From Betaproteobacteria bacterium (GTDB lineage: Bacteria > Pseudomonadota > Gammaproteobacteria > Burkholderiales > SG8-41), in the NCBI GenBank assembly GCA_032123035.1, contig JAQBFV010000189.1, positions 243 through 64,242 on the forward strand: a stretch of 64,000 nt of DNA, given 5' to 3'. A model generated the notes under the pieces. It had not been told where the DNA came from and did not search any database. It saw nothing but the letters and a program-made list of their open reading frames with translations. Below, one piece after another: positions 60,048-64,000 of the stretch. The position numbers and the translations under genes are program-made. The stretch's first letter is position 1. The number at the start of each line of letters is the position of its first letter.

Positions 60048-60602
60048 TCAGCGGGAGGCCTCCCGCGCCAGCGCAGGCAACCAAGCGCCTAAATACCCGG
60101 TGATGTCCTCCGCCGTTTGATAGGGTGCGAGGCGCACCTGCTCCGGGAATTCCTGTTCCAGTTGCAGCACGTTCGTCAGGTTGATGCGACGCTTCGCCGG
60201 GTCGGCCGCGTAGAACCCGAGGAGCGGTTTCTTCGCCTGCAAAAAGCGCATGACGTTGATCCCCGAACCGATTCCAGCCTCGTCGAAGCAATAGATCGCG
60301 GTCTGTGCCTCAGATCGGAAGCGGGCATCCCGCTCCATCACGAATTGCGTCACCAGGGCGGTTTCCGACCTATCGCTGCGACCGCGGTGCGGCGGCCACT
60401 CCTTGTCGTAATACTCGATGGGATCGCACACCAGGCGGGCCAGCCGCGCCGGATCGAGTTCCGGGAACTGTGCGCGATAGTGGCGGTAGCGCGTATCGTA
60501 GCCGAGACCGCTCGCCTCGAGCCAATCGATTACCAGCGTCTTGAAAACGCGCGTGGCGTCCGTGGCGAACATCCCGGCACCGCTGACGTAACAGGGAATC
60601 AA
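60048..60602 (-). CDS. hypothetical protein, possibly a nucleoside 2-deoxyribosyltransferase-like Rossmann fold
   Basis: Coding-like composition. Its start overlaps the upstream gene stop (ATGA). The family is not recognised. The fold guess rests only on the pattern IPCYVSGAG ... AIYCFDEAGIGSGINVMRFLQAKKPLLGFY. Confidence 0.5.
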   Translation of the reverse strand: MIPCYVSGAGMFATDATRVFKTLVIDWLEASGLGYDTRYRHYRAQFPELDPARLARLVCDPIEYYDKEWPPHRGRSDRSETALVTQFVMERDARFRSEAQTAIYCFDEAGIGSGINVMRFLQAKKPLLGFYAADPAKRRINLTNVLQLEQEFPEQVRLAPYQTAEDITGYLGAWLPALAREASR

Positions 60603-61054
60603 AGTTTGTGGCTGCCGATCATGAGGCGCTTGAATACGGAATAGCGCTCACCGACGCCGTCAGGGCTCGGCTCGCGCTTCACCGTGATCCAGACGTCCGG
60701 CGGAAAGCCGGCTGCAAGATCGGCGGTATAAGCGCATTCCTCCCCCGCTGCTGCTTCGGCAGCTTCGGTCGAAGGCGCGCCGAGCGCTTCGAGAAAGTGC
60801 CGCGCGAGAAGCGCCATCACCCCTTCATAGGCAGGCGCATCAATCTCGACTACTTCGGCAATCGTGCAACGCCTTTGCGAGCCCGCGACGACGAAGGTGG
60901 TGTCACAGTGACAGCGTGGTGCGCGGTGACCCTGGGCGAGGTCGCAAACCGCGTACCCGCCTGACACCAGCCACTCGCCGTCTTCCGCGGCGCCTTCCTC
61001 GGCCAGCACGCGCTGGTCCGAGTCGTCCAACCGCACCGCTCGCAGGAATTTCAT
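60599..61054 (-). CDS. hypothetical protein (family not recognised)
   Basis: 151 aa, MKFLRAVRLDDSDQRVLAEEGAAEDGEWLVSGGYAV.... It is translationally coupled to the downstream ORF. Confidence 0.5.
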   Translation of the reverse strand: MKFLRAVRLDDSDQRVLAEEGAAEDGEWLVSGGYAVCDLAQGHRAPRCHCDTTFVVAGSQRRCTIAEVVEIDAPAYEGVMALLARHFLEALGAPSTEAAEAAAGEECAYTADLAAGFPPDVWITVKREPSPDGVGERYSVFKRLMIGSHKL

Positions 61055-61125
61055 TTTTTCCTCCGGTCCGCCTGAGTCCTGCTCATATAATAGAGGCGTC
61101 GGGGACCACGGGATAGGAGGAGAAA

Positions 61126-61392
61126 ATGGCGCAGCAACCTGAGTTGCCGAAGGACATGTTCGAGTTCATGCAAAAGATGTGGAATCCGCTCAACTTCCCG
61201 CTCCCCGGCATGTTCACGCCAACCGTGAACCTCGAGGACATCGAGAAGAAGATCACCGAGTTGAAGACGGTGGAGACCTGGCTCACCATGAACATCGGCT
61301 TCGTCCAGATGACGATCAAGACGCTGGAGATGCAAAAGACGGCGCTCGAGTCGCTCGCGGCTGCGGCGCCGAAGGCCGATAAGGAAAAGTAA
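61126..61392 (+). CDS. small PhaM-like (PHA granule-associated) protein
   Basis: PTVNLEDIEKKITELKTVETWLTMNIGFVQMTIKTLEMQKTALESL matches my recollection of the conserved PhaM-family core. GGAGGAG RBS. Confidence 0.45.
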   Translation: MAQQPELPKDMFEFMQKMWNPLNFPLPGMFTPTVNLEDIEKKITELKTVETWLTMNIGFVQMTIKTLEMQKTALESLAAAAPKADKEK

Positions 61393-61537
61393 CGCGCTCC
61401 CGCGCGGCAAGCCGCCGCTCAACCGGCGGCGTACCGGGTGCGGCGCGCCGGATCAAGTCATCGGCTCGAACTGGACAGCAGCCTGTCGTCCAACCGGGGG
61501 CTGTATGTCCGTAGTCGCATTTTCAAAGGAGCTAACC

Positions 61538-61954
61538 ATGGCTACGACCATACGCAAGACCGCCTACTTCAGCATGAAAACACCGAATCGCGCGGGCCAG
61601 GGCGCGCGGTTGCTTAACGGGCTTGCCGCGCACGGGGTCAATCTGCTGGCATTTACGGGCTTTCCCAATGCCGGAGGCGCGCAGGTCGATTTTGTCCCCT
61701 ACAACGTCACCAAATTCACGAGCGCAGCGCGCAAGCTGGGGCTGAAGGTAAGCAAGAAGAAGACCGTATTTCTGGCGCAGGGCGCCGACAAGGCCGGCGC
61801 AATCGCGGCCATTTGCGGCAAGCTCTCCAGGGCCGGAATCAATATGGTGGCGATGGATGCGGTGACGACCGGCCGCGGCCGCTTTGGGGCAATCTTCTGG
61901 GTGAAGCCGAGCGATGTCGCCAGGGTCTCGCGGCTGCTGCTGCGCGCTCGGTAA
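61538..61954 (+). CDS. hypothetical protein with a duplicated ACT-like pattern
   Basis: AAGGAG RBS. The start is at ATG 61538 rather than 61505. The pattern G.GARLL..LA..GVNL / GAIAAICGKLSRAGINM is repeated. Confidence 0.5.
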   Translation: MATTIRKTAYFSMKTPNRAGQGARLLNGLAAHGVNLLAFTGFPNAGGAQVDFVPYNVTKFTSAARKLGLKVSKKKTVFLAQGADKAGAIAAICGKLSRAGINMVAMDAVTTGRGRFGAIFWVKPSDVARVSRLLLRAR

Positions 61955-62165
61955 CGTCGGATAACCACAGAGACACAGAGCCCATAGAGGAAAACCGTTG
62001 TTTCTCAGAGCCCTTTGTGGCTCTGGGGTGAAGGGCATTGCTGTTTGAGCGTGCCGAGTTCGTCACGCGAATCCACGAATTGGATGGTCCACCCGGCGGC
62101 GCGTCGCGAAAATGTGGTTAAATCACGCGCTCTGATCGTTGTCAGTCGAAACCAGGAGAAACCCC

Positions 62166-63137
62166 ATGCCCCATGCAATGCGAATTCATGAACACGGCGG
62201 AGCCGAGAAAATGCGCTGGGAAGCAGTCGAGGTGGGCGATCCGGGGCCGGGCCAGGTGCGGGTGCGGAACACCGCAGTTGGACTGAACTTTGTCGACATC
62301 TACCAGCGTAACGGCCTCTATCCCATGCAGCTGCCGTTCACCCTGGGCTCCGAGGGCGCTGGTATTGTCGAAGCCGTCGGTCCCAAGGTCAAGGAGTTGA
62401 AGGTGGGGGATCGTGTCGCCTATGCCGGTCCACTCGGCGCCTACGCCGAAGTATTGCTGCGGCCCGCGGACCGCTTGGTGAAGATTCCGGCGGGCGTGGA
62501 CGACAAGACGGCGGCTGCAATGATGCTGAAAGGCTTGACCGCCCACTACCTGATCCGGCGCACTTATCGCGTGAAGAAAGGCGACACGATCCTCATGCAC
62601 GCGGCTGCAGGCGGCGTTGGCCAGATTCTTTGCCAATGGGCAAAACACCTGGGAGCGACTGTGATCGGCACCGTGGGCAGCGATGAAAAGGCCGAGCTCG
62701 CGAAGAAGGCCGGTTGCAAGCACGTCATCGTGCTCTCGCGCGAGAAGTTTTCCGAGCGCGTGAAGGAAATCACCAAGGGCAAACGCGTGCCGGTCGTCTA
62801 CGACGGCATCGGCAAGGACACCTTTATGGATTCGCTCGACTGCTTGCAGCCCATGGGACTCATGGCGAGCTTCGGCAATGCCTCTGGCGCCGTGCCGCCG
62901 TTCAACGCGGGCATCCTGGCGCAGAAGGGATCGCTTTTCCTCACGCGCCCGACGCTGGTGCACTACTCGGCATCGCGCGAGGACCTCGTGAAAGGGGCGC
63001 GCGAACTGTTCGCCGTCGTGAAAAGCGGGGCGGTGAAGATCCGCGTCAACCAGACCTACCCGCTGCGCGAAGCGGCGCAGGCGCAGAACGATCTGGAAGC
63101 GCGCAAGACGACGGGATCAACCGTGTTGATCCCGTAA
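62166..63137 (+). CDS. qor: NADPH:quinone oxidoreductase (zeta-crystallin/MDR family)
   Basis: GLNFVDIYQRNGLYP and HAAAGGVGQILCQWAK. AGGAGA RBS before ATG 62166. Confidence 0.85.
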   Translation: MPHAMRIHEHGGAEKMRWEAVEVGDPGPGQVRVRNTAVGLNFVDIYQRNGLYPMQLPFTLGSEGAGIVEAVGPKVKELKVGDRVAYAGPLGAYAEVLLRPADRLVKIPAGVDDKTAAAMMLKGLTAHYLIRRTYRVKKGDTILMHAAAGGVGQILCQWAKHLGATVIGTVGSDEKAELAKKAGCKHVIVLSREKFSERVKEITKGKRVPVVYDGIGKDTFMDSLDCLQPMGLMASFGNASGAVPPFNAGILAQKGSLFLTRPTLVHYSASREDLVKGARELFAVVKSGAVKIRVNQTYPLREAAQAQNDLEARKTTGSTVLIP

Positions 63138-63195
63138 CGGGCTCAAAGAGGAAGAAACGGGGTCCTGCCTTCGTTCCAGCCCCGGCAGTACAGCT

Positions 63196-63248
63196 CGCCG
63201 TTCGCCGTGGCGAACGGCGTCAATCGGCGTTGAGTATCAACGCCGATT
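63196..63248. other. two adjacent perfect hairpins in the convergent qor/pip spacer
   Basis: CGCCGTTCGC CGTG GCGAACGGCG (63196-63219) and AATCGGCGTTGA GTA TCAACGCCGATT (63222-63248). The second overlaps the pip stop. Confidence 0.6.
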
Positions 63249-64000
63249 CTTGAACTGCTCGGTTGCTTTCACCAGTTCCGCGCTGATGCCGGGTTCCCAT
63301 GCCGAGTGCCCCGCGTCGGGGACCGCGATGTAGGTCGCCTGCGGCCAGGCGCGGTGCAACTCGTCCGCGGTCACGATCGGGCAGACGGCATCGTAGCGTC
63401 CCTGCACAATGGTGCACGGCAGTTGGCGGATACGCCCGACGTTTTCAAGCAGCGAATTCTCCGGCAGGAAGATGTTGTGGCTGAAGTAGTGCGCTTCGAT
63501 GCGCGCGAGCCCCAGCGCCACGCCGTCCGCCGCAAAATAGGACACCGTCTCCGGACTGGGAAGCAGCGTCGAGCATGCACCCTCGTAGGTGCTCCAGGCC
63601 CGCGCGGCTGGCACATGCACGTTGGGGTCCGGGTCGGCCAGGCGTTTATAGTAGGCGGCCAGGAGGTTCCCGCGCTCGTCCTCGGGGATCAATGCCGTGA
63701 ATGCCAGCCAGGGCTCAGGAAATAGGTTCCGCAGCCCGTAGAGAAACCATTTGATCTCGCTCGTGCGGCAGAGGAAAACGCCGCGCAGGATGAAGCCCGT
63801 GCACGATTCGGGATGTGCCTCGCCGTACGCAAGCGCCAGCGTGCTGCCCCACGAGCCGCCGAATACGAGCCAGCGCCCGATTCCCAGGTGGACGCGCAGA
63901 CGCTCGATATCGGCGATGAGGTGAGGTGTCGTGTTCTCCTTCAACTCTCCGAGCGGCGTCGAGCGCCCGGCGCCCCTCTGATCAAAGACCACGATGCGAT
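63237..64000 (-). CDS. pip: prolyl aminopeptidase (proline iminopeptidase), C-terminal part; 5' end outside window
   Basis: FDQRGAGRSTP and the nucleophile elbow GGSWGSTLALAY. The ORF is open to the window edge. Confidence 0.85.
   Translation of the reverse strand, partial: RIVVFDQRGAGRSTPLGELKENTTPHLIADIERLRVHLGIGRWLVFGGSWGSTLALAYGEAHPESCTGFILRGVFLCRTSEIKWFLYGLRNLFPEPWLAFTALIPEDERGNLLAAYYKRLADPDPNVHVPAARAWSTYEGACSTLLPSPETVSYFAADGVALGLARIEAHYFSHNIFLPENSLLENVGRIRQLPCTIVQGRYDAVCPIVTADELHRAWPQATYIAVPDAGHSAWEPGISAELVKATEQFKNRR

Overview
High-GC (about 64-65% by eye) chromosomal core segment with betaproteobacterial-type synteny. Conserved blocks are moaC, pepA-holC-valS divergent from lptFG, and an RDD/DUF3106/DUF3619/ECF-sigma block. 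Further blocks are ilvIH-ilvC-psd-pssA-leuA, proS, rppH, proB-obg-rpmA-rplU divergent from ispB, tRNA-Pro, PP0621/pilS/pilR-like genes, ampD and nrdAB. I call about 68 protein genes, one tRNA and several intrinsic terminators and promoters. I see no rRNA, CRISPR, transposase, integrase or phage genes, so this is not a classical accessory island. The most unusual signal is non-coding. At seven gene junctions the spacer is built from tandem 7-nt units, usually as two inverted arrays. These arrays bracket the stop codon of the upstream gene and the start codon of the downstream gene (largest case: 15 x GGTGAAT between the pilS-like and pilR-like genes). Other points of interest: (1) a 200-codon in-frame N-terminal extension on valS; (2) a TusA / lipoate-protein-ligase pair followed by a collapsed FAD-oxidoreductase relic, plus two other possible gene relics; (3) a Hanks kinase fused to a cNMP-binding domain; (4) two copies of a small element bounded by inverted repeats; (5) a rubrerythrin / Fe-S / DUF3501 operon with a consensus promoter and a palindromic operator; (6) a Leu-rich leader peptide before leuA; (7) NrdR-type and CRP-type boxes before nrdA; (8) a strongly basic small protein; (9) a secreted protein / ECF sigma / anti-sigma module; (10) a 600-bp low-GC non-coding island. 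All functional calls come from reading motifs in the supplied translations, and no database search was possible.
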